Positions 12,561 through 26,350 of a stretch of DNA of 64,000 bases are shown in pieces. Under the pieces are notes generated by a model. That model was not told where the DNA came from and made no database searches. It saw only the letters and a list, made by a program, of their open reading frames with translations. The position numbers were made by a program, and so were the translations under genes. The DNA is from Octopus bimaculoides (taxonomy: Eukaryota). The stretch lies in assembly GCF_001194135.2 (NCBI RefSeq), contig NC_068999.1:7732266-7796265 (forward strand), read 5' to 3'. Within the stretch, counting starts at the first letter, position 1. Each line of letters begins with the position of its first letter.

Positions 12561-13550
12561 TCGTCATTATCAAGATTTCTTAACCAATGCAGCCAGTCTT
12601 GGGGTGCCAGTCTTGGGGTGCCACTCTGGACGCTTTCATAGTTAGCCTTTGCCACTGGTCTCTTTTCTCCGTCATGTGAAACAAGTTCGTTTGGTCTGAC
12701 CTGTCCAGTCTTTGATTTTGTCAAACCAAGATTTCCTGTCTGCCCCTCATTTGTCCTTCCTCAACTGTGCCTTGAAGAATGGCTTTGGGCTGTGAGTTGT
12801 GGCGGGTTACATGGCCATACGAGGCAAGCTTTCCTGTTTTTACCTGTACAAAGAGCTTTTCCCGTCTGCCAGCATATTTGTTGATTTACTGCCTTACAAA
12901 GCAGTTCGTTTTGTGCTCTATGTACGGGATATGAAACAGCCTCCTGAGGCTCTTGTGCTGAAATGCTTGGGTTCTTTTCTTCCTATCGGCTGTAAGAGTC
13001 CAGCTCACACACCCATTGCAGAAGGATTAGAGTCACCAGGGACTTGTACTTTCTGAGTCTTCTTGGAAAACTAATAAAATTGTTTTTACATATGTTGCTA
13101 AAAACTTCACCATGGTAGCAGAGGCTAAACTGACTCGTACTGTTATCACTTTTTATATCTGCCGACCCTGGTTAAAGTGGAACTTAGGTACTTGAAGGTG
13201 TCCACTTCACCAAAAATCTCTCCATTTAGCATGATTCTGCTTGCTGCATTTTAGTTGCTACTGATCACGAGGATCTTGCACTTTTCTGGGCTGACCTCCA
13301 TCCCGTATGCTGCTGAGCCCCTCTAGTCTTGCATCACCGCTTTCTAACAAGAAGCAGTGATCAACTAAGCGCAGGCTGGTATAGGTAGTCCTTCAATGGA
13401 AACAGATGGGTGGTGTTATACAAGCGTCTTCTGCATGATGGTTTCACAAAGGTGTTGAAAAGCACTGAAGAGGAGATACATCGTAGTCAGACCGCCAGTG
13501 TCACCTTGAAGAATTCTCCAATGTTGTTGTGCAAGAGAACTGAACTGCTT
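12561..13550 (-). mobile_element. RTE-clade LINE, 3' ~1 kb (RT C-terminus), decayed
   Basis: Broken frames read SVLLHNNIGEFFKVT, AYGMEVSPEKCKILV, MLNGEIFGEVDTFKYLSSTLT, AFQHKSLRRLFHIPYIEHKTN and RKLASYGHVTRHNSQPKAILQGTVEEG..SWFDKIKDWTG. A TGATAATGACGAT-type tail lies at 12561-12573. Confidence 0.92.
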
Positions 13551-14000
13551 GAATTTTCAATGTTTAGATTACTTCGATAAGGTTTTTGCCCCAAAATGTA
13601 ATCCTTCATCACATGCCACTATCCCCCGTGCCAAATACGTTTGTTTCAAGTTACAAAATCAAGACAATAGAATAAGAGAAAACACGAGAAAAAGCGAGAG
13701 GAAGTTGAATGCAAAAATTGGGAGGGTGAAAAAAAAAACGTAAAAAATAAAGGAAAAAGGAAAATGAGAATTAGTGTTGTGTTCTTTTGACCGCAAAACC
13801 ATAACCCTAGTTGGTGTAGAATCAACGGAAGGGGTCAAAAGTCAGCTATACAGCTGCTCAATCTCTAATTTGCCAAAAGAAACTTGTCCAAATGTTTGCA
13901 TACATATTACTTGGAGACTCCAGGCTTGTCATTAAACTCTGTCTGGACGACATCGTCAATGAATGTGAATGAAACTATTAGTAGCTCGTAACTATATACC

Positions 14001-14085
<85 letters not shown>

Positions 14086-14124
14086 TGTATATATTTATTT
14101 ACATTAATATTGATGAGGTGTGAT

Positions 14125-14250
14125 ATCGACCCCGAAAGGATGAAAGGCGAAGTCGAACTCGGCGAAATTCGAACTCAGAATATAAAAACAGATGAAATGC
14201 CGCTAAGACTTTTGTCCGGCGTGCTAACGATTCTACCAGCTCACCGCCTT
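14125..14250 (-). mobile_element. SINE-A, 3'-truncated
   Basis: ATCGACCCCGAAAGGATGAAAGGC...GCTAACGATTCTACCAGCTCACCGCCTT on plus. Confidence 0.9.
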
Positions 14251-15336
14251 AATTGCTCAGCAAATATCAATTCGTATATTTAGAGCTAGTTCACATTTGT
14301 TTGCATGTTCTTACATATTTCAACTAAATTCAGATTAACCCTATCAGTTTTGACAGGTACTAAACTAGTAAGTAGTATTATATTGCTATTCACCACATTA
14401 GCTTTCTATATTCACGATGGTATCATGCCAGCAGAGAAATGTCATAATTTAAATAAATATTGCGTCTAGAAGCATTGTAGCTAAGTGCAGTCGTGATTCT
14501 CACACAGGAATAAAGAAAATAACATGTCCATTGGGGAGAACAAAGTTGCTATTACGATCTTATTATACGGAAAGCACTTCGTTAATGAATGCTTAAACTG
14601 ATGTAAACATTAACTGAATAAGCAAGCTATTCACATTTAGGAAATATGCTGTGTTCGCTTCTATTCTGCAGATCAGAAGTTAACAGTTAAATAAACATCA
14701 AGAATAAGCACTGCTTCAGCCATAGTATGTTTCATTGTAATCGTATTTAGATGTGTGATCATCATTGATAGAGAAATGACTATTAGCAAGTAAATGTTTG
14801 ATAGACAAAATGGATATGGCAAGTCAGAGTTATTGCATTGTTACAGAAAATGTGTGGAGTTGCATAATTATGTAATAATTGATACAGCCTAATATAAATA
14901 GGTGCAGATACCACCATGTGGTTGCGATATATCCTCCGCGACAACCCGGGTACGGTATTCAGATATTATTATAGGAAAGGTCACCTTCGCGAGTCATGTG
15001 GACACATAAGGGCCGGTGAACAGTTAATAAGTTATTTGAGTTTATTTTACATACTTCAGTGGGAGGACTGTGGCCATGCTAGAGCACAGTCTTGATGGGT
15101 TTGTAAGCAAACTGATCGAGCCAAGTACTTAGACACAATGACAAACACACGCATACACATACATATATATACTGCAACATAGGTTTCCATACAGTTTATA
15201 TCAATCAAATTACAAAATTATCTAAGGTAGTTTATATACATACATCTGTACATACATATATGTGTGTGTGTGTGTGTTTGAGTATACATATTTATACATA
15301 TATACGCATATATATATATGTATGTATAAGTGTGTA

Positions 15337-15373
<37 letters not shown>

Positions 15374-15789
15374 TCGTCTGTATACGCATGTATGTGCATA
15401 TGTGTGTACGTATACAACTAAGTATACCTCTAGAAATTACCAGAACTAGGTTACTGTGATAATTATATTCGCCCACACAATAATGATATAACCATTGAAG
15501 TGAAAGAAGAGGAATTGGACACCACACAGTTTCAAATCAGCCAAATCACCGAGTTTCCTTGATGGTGCTAATTATGATACCTGTGTCAGTGGTGTTCGTG
15601 GTAGTGTTAGTGGCAGTGGTGTAGCGGAAGTTGGAGTTATCGGTGGGGTTGGGGTGGAGTTGGATAATAATGTATTCTGCTATGTTGAAACGATCCTCAC
15701 CATGTACATAAACATAGAGTGACATCTCCTCACTTAATGCAAAACGTTTGTGATGATGAGAAAAGACGGAGATGAAAGTCTTAGAGGGA

Positions 15790-16500
<711 letters not shown>

Positions 16501-17170
16501 TACACACGCGCACACACACAAGCACTTATTAGTTACTCCTTGTTCTATGGCTGGCTGAAATTTCTTGATCTCTTCTTGCATTGCCACGCTACGACATTTC
16601 AAGTTGAATTCTATACAATTAAATTCTTGCCTTCAGCTTTATTCCTTACTTCTTCCTTGTCTTCGTTCTGTTGTCACGAATTTTTCTAGTATATTCGCTC
16701 GACAGATTTTAAATCATTATTATTGGAAGCATAAATTGTTCAGTAAGAACCATCATCATTTCTGCTCCTGCTCAACCTCCCTTACGTATAATCACAAACA
16801 GATTCGCATGCAAGCACAGAACAGTCCCTCGCAACGTGAACAATGTCTGACAGGAAACAACATGGACTTATATATGGCGTAGTTTGTTGAATGTTTCTTA
16901 ATTGATAACTAGAAACTTCATTTAAAATTTCTTTTTGACTCTTAGATTATCGAGCAAATGAAGAGAAAGCAATAAGGTGCAAATAACAAAATAATTTCAG
17001 ATGAGCAAAACCGAAAAGGAAATAATATTAGATTTGTAATCAATTTTTTTTTCTTTCTCAAATTAATTTCTTTAAATCCTATTATTTGCTTTTCCTGGTT
17101 TTTTTTCCTAATTACCTGTTTGCCTAACATATTTACATTTATTGAGTGACGGAAATATAAATACGAATTA

Positions 17171-17225
<55 letters not shown>

Positions 17226-17288
17226 GTAATAAGTAATGACATTAATAATGACAGTAATTTAATAACAACCACTACCAAAGCAAAAACT

Positions 17289-17342
<54 letters not shown>

Positions 17343-17655
17343 ACTACGACAACAACAAAAAACAACAATAATACCAACATTTATTATAAAGCATTTCGAT
17401 TGAATGGAAGAACTGCAACACTCAATTGATAAATTATGACTTCTATTATGAATAATTAAGACACTTAATATGAATATTAATTAGTAAGTAAAATGCTAAA
17501 AGAAGGATAATGCAATCAAAAACTAAATCGAAATAGAGAAATTAATATAATAGCGAACAAATGATCAATATTGATATTAAAGTTTAATGTTATTTCTACA
17601 TGTGTGCGTTTGTGTATGTACATGTGTATGCATGTATGCATGTATGCATGAACGT

Positions 17656-17718
<63 letters not shown>

Positions 17719-18086
17719 CAATACGGGAATAACTATATTTCTATGAATTTCTCTCAGAGTGCTTTCCTCGTTCGACACGTGGTGTAATAATATAAGTGAA
17801 AATATTTTATGTGGTTAGACGATTTCGCGTCTATNNNNNNNNNNNNNNNNNNNNNNNNNNNNNNNNNNNNNNNNNNNNNNNNNNNNNNNNNNNNNNNNNN
17901 NNNNNNNNNNNNNNNNNNNNNNNNNNNNNNNNNNNNNNNNNNNNNNNNNNNNNNNNNNNNNNNNNNNNNNNNNNNNNNNNNNNNNNNNNNNNNNNNNNNN
18001 NNNNNNNNNNNNNNNNNNNNNNNNNNNNNNNNNNNNNNNNNNNNNNNNNNNNNNNNNNNNNNNNNNNNNNNNNNNNNNNNNNNNNN

Positions 18087-18237
18087 ACAGGGATTAGCAT
18101 GAGTTGCTTCTCCAACATACTGAGAATTCAGAAATAGCAGTCAAAGAGAAAAACTTTGTAGTTTGGAATCAGTAGTTCTTTGACTGCTATTTCTGAATTC
18201 TCAGTATGTTGGAGAAGCAACTCATGCTAATCCCTGT
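18087..18237. repeat. Perfect 61-bp inverted repeat with 29-bp spacer at a contig edge
   Basis: 18087-18147 is the exact reverse complement of 18177-18237. The left arm abuts an N gap and the right end reads CCCTG-TA. Confidence 0.9.
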
Positions 18238-18797
18238 ATATTTATGATTATAAATGGTTTTACCGATAAAGTTTTTTTCATACTGAACTACTCGGCAAAA
18301 TTGTTAATTATTAATTTTATTACTAATTGACGATTCCCTGCTCTATATCTGTATATTATATATATATATATATATATATACAAAGTGTGATGGGGTTTTA
18401 GTTCACAGGTGATCTAAACGACTAGGAACGCTAGGTAAGTGCTACAACAGATTACCAGATCTCTAAAGTTATATCCGAGACGGTAATTATGGAGCCATTG
18501 TAGATTTCTGATATAGAGGATATATAATTGTTAAAGAGGACAACAAACGTTAAGGCAAGACAAACCTCTCGAGTCGTATACATTATTATTACTGGAAAAA
18601 TTTAAAGTCTTACGGCTGTTTCTGGGACATCCTAGAGTATGGGATATTCCGTAATCGGAGACAAATAGGGAAAATGAGATGAGTATAAATTAATGAAATG
18701 ACGACAGGGAGGAGAGGAGAAAATGAGTAAGGAGGTGAAGAAAGAGAAGAAAATGAAGCATAAAAGTTCACTGTTCAACTTTCCGATCATGTAAAAT

Positions 18798-19371
18798 TAA
18801 GTCCGTAAATCCTCAGGTGCAATCCTGTGTAAATCTATGTAGGTTAATGTTCTAATAGCGTGAATATCCAGAAATAGACGCGAACGTAAAGAAAGATAAA
18901 TAAATAGAAAGAGAGGTGAGGGAGAAAGTTAAGGATCAGCCCTAAGGATAGAATAAAGTAATATACTGTATAAGAATATAGAGTACAGAAATAACCAATA
19001 AGATAAATAAATATATTAAAGAAAATAAGGGGAGAGGAAGAGGAGGTAAAAGAAGATAATTAAAAAAAACGAAATAAAGTAAAATCAAAGGAATTATCTT
19101 CTTGGTTATTTCTGTACACAATATTCTTATACATGTTATACCTTATTTTATCCTTAAGGCTAATCCTTAACTACCTCCTTCGCTCTCTCTCTCTGCCTCT
19201 CTTTCTATTTATTTATCTATTTTTTTTTCTTTCTTTCTTTTTACCATTTAATAACCACCTCCGTTACCATTCTGTCATTGAACGTTGCGTCTATTTTGGG
19301 ATATTTAAACTATTAGGACTTTAACCTAGATGGATTTTATACAGGATTGCACCTAAGGACTCACGAACTTA
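18798..19371. repeat. Long imperfect foldback element
   Basis: ~18798-19006 matches the reverse complement of ~19094-19371 (e.g. GGTGCAATCCTGT, AAATAGACGC, AGTTAAGGAT.AGCC.TAAGGATA, GTACAGAAATAACCAA), with indels in the purine-rich middle. Confidence 0.85.
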
Positions 19372-19753
19372 CGAACTTACTTCAATATCTATTTTCTGCT
19401 CAGCGAATTTTTATGTAAAATTTTACAGATTCTGCATCCATGTGTCCATTAATCTAATCAATCCTCAGACGGAATTACCGTGACACTGCATTGTAGTTTC
19501 CAAGGGTGGACCATTAAATAATAGGTACAATCCATTCGATAGGCTTCCACACATTTTCTCTACTCACTTTCAATCATCAATCTTGAGTAGACTGGTAATT
19601 ATGTTAAGAAGCTATATTTGTTCGTGTATAAGTCTCCCCTTCATTTAGTGTGAAATCATATAAAATGTTTCTGCTTCATAGCTTTAGCTTCGCCATTTAC
19701 AGTTTGATGTGAGAAGATAACTGTCCAATAGTCGTATCATATTTTATCATATA

Positions 19754-19843
19754 GCCTCTAGCTTAAATACTGTGCCTCTTGCTTAAACACTGTGCCGCTA
19801 GCTTAAACACTGTGCCTCTATCTTAAACATCGTGCCATTAGCT
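19754..19843. repeat. 20-bp minisatellite, about 4.5 units (GCTTAAACACTGTGCCTCTA)
   Basis: Units start at 19761, 19781, 19801 and 19821. Confidence 0.9.
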
Positions 19844-21010
19844 ATAACGTCATCCATCTGTCCCATGAAACTGGTTTTTGCAAATTGTTCTTATTTAAAG
19901 TAGTTTAATGCATTTTAAAAATTTCTAGTAAAACAAAAAACGTGTTAAAATTGTCTGAAATAGTGTATACTGAGCTCTGAGCTCTGTCCAATCGGTTGTA
20001 TATGGAAATATATACATCGCATATGAATAATAGTGATATTGGTGTTCATCATTTCAATGACTTTGAAATTTTATTTGCATAACAAGATTTGGAACCAGCC
20101 ATTATATTCCACAGCTACATTCCGGACAGAAAGGAAAATTAACGGCAGTCGATGTTTAGCAGTCAAGTGGTTTCATGTCGGATGGATTTCGTCTCGGTAA
20201 TTCGTTAAAAGCTTTATATAAACAGATAAAAAGATTTTCTTAGCCGTGGTGATAGTACTGCATATTTTGAGTAGAATCGGAGCACCTACGGCAAAATCAA
20301 TAGCTCAGAGATTTAGTAGTGCAACAGTCGTCGATGTAAATGCTATTTGTCAATGTTAGCGAAAATGGTCGAAAAGTGAATTCTATATGATGAGTGGAAT
20401 AATAGATTTATGCATTCCAGTCTGAATAACGCTAATTTGTTGAGTAAAATAGATTTCTCTTAAACATACAACACATAAAAAAAAACCCCTATCAGTTACA
20501 GATCTAAGTTGAATTACTAAAGCATAATTGCAGCGAATATTATTCAGACACGAATATATGGTTAAGCCCCTACAGTTACGTATGTCGTTCAATATTTGCA
20601 TATTACTTCTCAACAATTTCTCCACACTCATAACAGAATACCCCGAATGTTACAAATATGGTAATAAGTGCAGAAAACGTAGAAGACAACGAAAAGCAAA
20701 GAGATTGTCGTATAGCCATGAATAGTAAAGAAGCACTGAAAATGTGTAATTACTGCGTATTTTTTATTTTATTTATTATTTTTTTTTTACCGTGAGTGAT
20801 TTTAAACATTAAGTGAACATTTGCTTCATGAAACGCTCATTGACAATCCGTGATGGTTTGTTGATTATACGGTTTAAGAGATTTTTTTAGAGGACTATTT
20901 ATATTTAAGTGTGTTTGTGCACATGTATATATATGCGTATGTATGTTTATGTATGTAAATATACAGGTATATACACATAGACATATATATGTACATGCAT
21001 ATGCTCGTGC

Positions 21011-21050
<40 letters not shown>

Positions 21051-22520
21051 GATCTATTTGTACATTCTAATGTTAACTAGATACTTTTGCATTTACTATC
21101 CTTGCCAATCATTAGCCTTCCAGCTAAAAGCAATATTACCGAATTACGATAATTACAGTTGAAACCAGGAAATTTTCATTTAGTAAGAAAACCATTCTGT
21201 TTACGCTTGCCTCTATTATACCTTAGATGTGTGTGTGTGTATACATACATACATACATACATGCATANNNNNNNNNNNNNNNNNNNNNNNNNNNNNNNNN
21301 NNNNNNNNNNNNNNNNNNNNNNNNNNNNNNNNNNNNNNNNNNNNNNNNNNNNNNNNNNNNNNNNNNNNNNNNNNNNNNNNNNNNNNNNNNNNNNNNNNNN
21401 NNNNNNNNNNNNNNNNNNNNNNNNNNNNNNNNNNNNNNNNNNNNNNNNNNNNNNNNNNNNNNNNNNNNNNNNNNNNNNNNNNNNNNNNNNNNNNNNNNNN
21501 NNNNNNNNNNNNNNNNNNNNNNNNNNNNNNNNNNNNNNNNNNNNNNNNNNNNNNNNNNNNNNNNNNNNNNNNNNNNNNNNNNNNNNNNNNNNNNNNNNNN
21601 NNNNNNNNNNNNNNNNNNNNNNNNNNNNNNNNNNNNNNNNNNNNNNNNNNNNNNNNNNNNNNNNNNNNNNNNNNNNNNNNNNNNNNNNNNNNNNNNNNNN
21701 NNNNNNNNNNNNNNNNNNNNNNNNNNNNNNNNNNNNNNNNNNNNNNNNNNNNNNNNNNNNNNNNNNNNNNNNNNNNNNNNNNNNNNNNNNNNNNNNNNNN
21801 NNNNNNNNNNNNNNNNNNNNNNNNNNNNNNNNNNNNNNNNNNNNNNNNNNNNNNNNNNNNNNNNNNNNNNNNNNNNNNNNNNNNNNNNNNNNNNNNNNNN
21901 NNNNNNNNNNNNNNNNNNNNNNNNNNNNNNNNNNNNNNNNNNNNNNNNNNNNNNNNNNNNNNNNNNNNNNNNNNNNNNNNNNNNNNNNNNNNNNNNNNNN
22001 NNNNNNNNNNNNNNNNNNNNNNNNNNNNNNNNNNNNNNNNNNNNNNNNNNNNNNNNNNNNNNNNNNNNNNNNNNNNNNNNNNNNNNNNNNNNNNNNNNNN
22101 NNNNNNNNNTGAAGAAGTGCTGCTTCAGGGTGTTTCCGGAACGTCCGATGAATTTTCGAATGCTGCTTCTGTTGATGTTGTTGCTGCTACTGTTGCTGGT
22201 GCTAGTGTTGTTGGTGCTGGCGTTGTTGGTGTCGTTGTTGGTGATGGCTTCGTTCATGCTGGTGTAGGGGACATCATCATTGACAGAGTTGTCGCCATTT
22301 TATATATTTAATTTCGCGCATTGGTTGTCTTTGCTTTTGTCGACTGTACAGTATGGTAGGGTCAGTTGGGCTTCGGCTGTCATAAAAACAGCACCATGAC
22401 GCAATTCTCTCTGTCAGCAATCTAGAAGCTACATGCTGCGCTGCCTGGCATTCGCGCCGGAAGCTCCAATACGCACATTTCAGTTTGGGTGTGAAGCTGC
22501 AGACAGCGCTATCTGAGGAC

Positions 22521-22945
22521 ATGTACTGAGAGTGATAAAAATCAAATATCCAGTAAACATCATGTTGTTAGGAGTGATCACTAGTGATGACGATGTTATT
22601 CCTCCATTCATCTTCCCATACGGCCTCAAACTGAACACGGAGGCCTACATCAAGTGCCTGGAGCACGTAATGATGCTCTGATTGAAGACCCTTTCTCAGG
22701 CAACAGGACTCTGTACCATGCAACAAAAGCAGGAGAGCTCAGCCATGGATGTCTGGCAATTCCTTCGACCACATCACTGTAAACATCTGTCCACCAAAGA
22801 TGAAGTGAAAGCAAGGAGTTATGCAGCATTCACCAGCTTAAACGCGGAGACCGTCCAGAAGAGTCGCTTGAGATTCCGGAGTCGTCTGGAGGATGTGGTT
22901 GAAGCCAATCGCAATTTTATTGAATAAATTTACTCTTCAGAATTT
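22521..22945 (+). mobile_element. maT/DD37D-type Tc1/mariner transposase C-terminal remnant with internal deletions
   Basis: KYPVNIMLLGVITSDDDVIPPFIFPYGLKLNTEAYIKCLE...TKDEVKARSYAAFTSLNAETVQKSRLRFRSRLEDVVEANRNFIE*. Confidence 0.85.
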
Positions 22946-22999
22946 CAAGCCGGTTTCCAACAAAGATACAAGGCTCCATCTTTGGGGTGTAGTTAACAC

Positions 23000-23038
<39 letters not shown>

Positions 23039-23066
23039 GTCTGTATGCATGCATGTATGTATGTAT

Positions 23067-23300
23067 TATTTCTTTACTACCCACAAGGGGCAACGCACAG
23101 AGGGGACAAACAAGGACAGACAAACGGATTAAGTCGATTATATCGACCCCAGTGCGTAACTGGTACTTATTTAATCGACCCCGAAAGGATGAAAGGCAAA
23201 GTCGACCTCGGCGGAATTTGAACTCAGAACGTAGCGGCAGACGAAATACCGCTAAGCATTTCGCCCGGCGTGCTAACGTTTCTGCCAGCTCGCCACCGTT
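23067..23300 (-). mobile_element. Young full-length SINE-A inserted in an (ATGT)n tract
   Basis: Near-consensus head (TGGCAGAAACGTTAG, GAGTTCAAATTCC), core and GTGGGTAGTAAAGAAATA tail. CATGTATGTATGTAT occurs on both flanks. Confidence 0.95.
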
Positions 23301-24160
23301 ATACATGTATGTATGTATGCATGCATGTATGTATGTATGTATGTATGTATGTATGTATGTCTGTATGGGTTTTGCTTTTCGTCATCAGCACTCTACCGCG
23401 ACTGACAACCGCTGTTGGTTTGTTGGGGTTTTTTTTTTACCGAATCATACTTAAAGATACTTAGGTGAATGTGCCTCAGCATGGCCGCGTTCCAATGACG
23501 CGAAATGTGTAAAAATATAGAAAAAATATTATAAAACGATTAACAATAATCGTGAGAAATAGATCAATAAATAGAAATATAAATGAATAAATAAATAAAT
23601 AAATAAAATAAGTAAATTGCTGGGGATCAAAACATGCTAATTGATTCAGCTTTCTGCGTGCTAAGATGTTACACTTAAATCTCTGTTCTGAATCGATCGT
23701 ATTATTTCATAAGAAAAAAAAGGGCAGAAAATGAAGTATTGTTTATTTTAATCCAATAAACAAGAAAACAAAAAAGATGTGATGGTCACCGCTCTGAAGC
23801 GCCTTTGATTGTAAGTCTCTCGTATTAGGCTTTTCTGGATGAGGAGTAAATTTTCGACGCCCGCGTTACAATGGAAAAAAAAAAAATAATAATAAAGTCA
23901 TGATGAGAGATTTTTAAATGTATGGGAAACAACTCTGCAGAAATTGTAGTAGTTGTTTCCCTTACATTACAACAGAAATTTACAAGCTTTCCTTGTAGTT
24001 TACGTAAATTATATTGTACATTGCATTGAACTAGTTAATTGAAGAAAATGAACAGCATATATTATTTCTGTATATGCACACATATGTATGTTTGTTTGTA
24101 TGTATGTATGCATGTATGTACATATGTATGTATGTGAGGTCACTCTCAAGTCATTATACA

Positions 24161-24196
<36 letters not shown>

Positions 24197-24529
24197 TATT
24201 TATATACACACACAAAGAGAAGAGAGAGAGAGAGAGAGAAAGAAGAGGAATATTTTTGTCGATGCACCAGAAACGATAGCTTATAGAACTCAATATGTAA
24301 GCGTTGAGTAGTTTTTGATAATTATTATCATTCCACTGTGAACCCGAGTCTGTTTTTCCACTGAAACATTTGCTGTCTGAATGTGTCTTTGAAATATAAT
24401 CTCAAAGCTACGAAGAAAACCTCGTCTTTAAGTTCTATTCAAAGCCACCTTGGAAGCGACAGGTGGTAACATGGTTGATTCAAGTTAGTTTTGTTCTCAA
24501 ATATGTTTCCGGTCGAGTGACAATCCCGA

Positions 24530-24860
24530 AGAATACAAATCTTCCAACCTAGATAGCCCGATCTACCATAACCGTCTTCAGATCCTCAACATGAAATCTT
24601 GTATCTTTCACAAGTTGATCGAGACGTGCGCTTCTTTGTCTATAAGCCCATGTGTTGCTTACCAGAAAAGATCACGTGATATTTCATCCTTGCTGCTCCA
24701 ACGATGACCTGTTTCTGCTTAACGTCTTCTTCTGTTTCTAATTACTCCGGTGATGGGTAGGGAAAACTGCTTTATAGTCACCGCTTTGTAGAGTATTCCT
24801 ATCAAGAAAGAATGAGAACTGCTCGAATCAATCTCTTCACGGATATACACTTTGTAAATT
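24530..24860 (-). mobile_element. RTE-clade LINE 3' remnant
   Basis: RWSSKDEISRDLFW*ATHG...QLVKDTRFHVEDLKTVMVDRAI, resembling the RTE C-terminus (WRSKDE...W.PTHG...EDL...M.DR). Confidence 0.75.
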
Positions 24861-25544
24861 TCTCAGTTATTCAAATGTGTATAATACCAAGCGAAACACG
24901 GTGGTGGTGGTGGTGTTGGTGTTGGTGTTGGTGGTAGCGGTAGCAAATAACATTTAATTCTCGGTTGTAATTTGAATACGCAAGGATTTACATTGAGTTC
25001 TAAACACTGGTTGAATGTTGTGCAACTGCAATAGAATAACACATAATTTGTTTTCATTCTAACAACAGGCTAAAATCGATAGCATTTAAAGATACTCTGT
25101 TTATTTACTTTCAATGTTCTCGTATGTTCTTAACACGGGTTCTGAGTTAATTAGTTTCCGTGGATAATTAATTTCTTAACACCTCGCAAAGTGTTGTAAT
25201 CAAATCCCAATATCTTACTGTAGCAAGCTTCAAGTTCATAGATCTCTGCCGTAAGTAATTTGACACCGAACATATAAGTTTGCCAAGGACCTCCTACATG
25301 AGCATCTGGTCTGCCAGATATAGCAGCCAAATCTCCATTAAACTATACCTCAATGGATTAAAAAAAATATGTTCGCCTTGGATAATGTCGATCGGCATAA
25401 ACGGTTCTTGAAAATAAGATAGGATAGCCATGGCTATAATGATTTTGGTTCAGGCCGAATTGAGTCTAAACAATAAGTCAGAAATTTCAAAGAATAATAC
25501 TAAATACGGGCTAGTTGTCTTAGAATGGTTTACCATTTTGTGAG

Positions 25545-25775
25545 TAGGGGAAGGTACGTTGCCTTGCGGGGTGTTGCACTCACGATTGCAAGATCGTGAT
25601 TTCGATTCCCGACCAGTTGTTGCATAGAGTTCCAGGGCCAAGCACTTTGTTTCTTGTTGGTCCAGTCTCCTTGGCTGTCAATGAGAAGTGTTGTGACGGT
25701 ATACAGTTTATAGGAGATGTTGTGATCTCAGTCCCTTATACGCCATAGAAATCGGGTAACCGGCCCTATGATTGC
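25545..25775 (+). mobile_element. Diverged SINE-B
   Basis: tRNA-like head with GATTTCGATTCCC and tail GCCATAGAAATCGGGTAACCGGCCCTATGA. Confidence 0.65.
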
Positions 25776-26131
25776 TTCGAACCCGAATCAGTTATGGTCA
25801 GGGGTTGTAGACCCCGAAAGGACGACAATGTTGCCTCGGTGGGATTTGAACTTAGAAACAATAAAACGAAGTATTTTAACCGACGCTCTAGCGACCCTGC
25901 CGCTTCACTTCCAGTCTCTTCGCAGTCGTTCAGCCTACTAGACATAGCGACCATATTGCCCTCAATTAACACACAACTTTGTGATTGAAGTCTGAAACAG
26001 TTGAGGAGTGAACTGAATGCTTCATAGTATATAAATTCATTCTCCGAAAGTTCGGAATTCTGATACTCATATGATCAACTCAGTATTTCCTCAGACCAAA
26101 GTGAATTAAGATCTGTCCCGGGTAATATACA

Positions 26132-26350
26132 CACATGGGGACAGTTTCGCGGTTTCCATGGTGCATATCTTCTCTAACTGTACAGGACGCCGGCCTCTCT
26201 TAGGATTACTCATATTTGCCAGCTAAGTGGACTGAAGTAACGTGAAATGAAGTGTTTTGTTCACGAACACAGCGCGGTGCCCGGTTCAGAAATCGAAAAC
26301 CCAGCCTTGCGATCATGAGTCCAACAGTCTAACCACTAAACCACGCACCT
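26132..26350 (-). mobile_element. SINE-B copy
   Basis: Plus strand has AACGTGAAATGAAGTGTTTTG...CGATCATGAGTCCAACAGTCTAACCACTAAACCACGCACCT, the reverse complement of the 36963 copy head. Confidence 0.88.

Noticed and set aside
13895-13985. Possible short minus-strand exon (SFTFIDDVVQTEFNDKPGVS) between AG and GT
   Set aside because: Too short, with no recognisable homology or partner exons. Such AG..GT windows arise by chance.
19754-19843. CRISPR-like regular repeats
   Set aside because: The repeats are directly adjacent with no spacers, the context is eukaryotic, and there are no cas genes.
23200-23295. tRNA-like A and B boxes in many places
   Set aside because: All are SINE heads continuing into SINE cores, and none folds as a complete cloverleaf. 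Not called tRNA genes.
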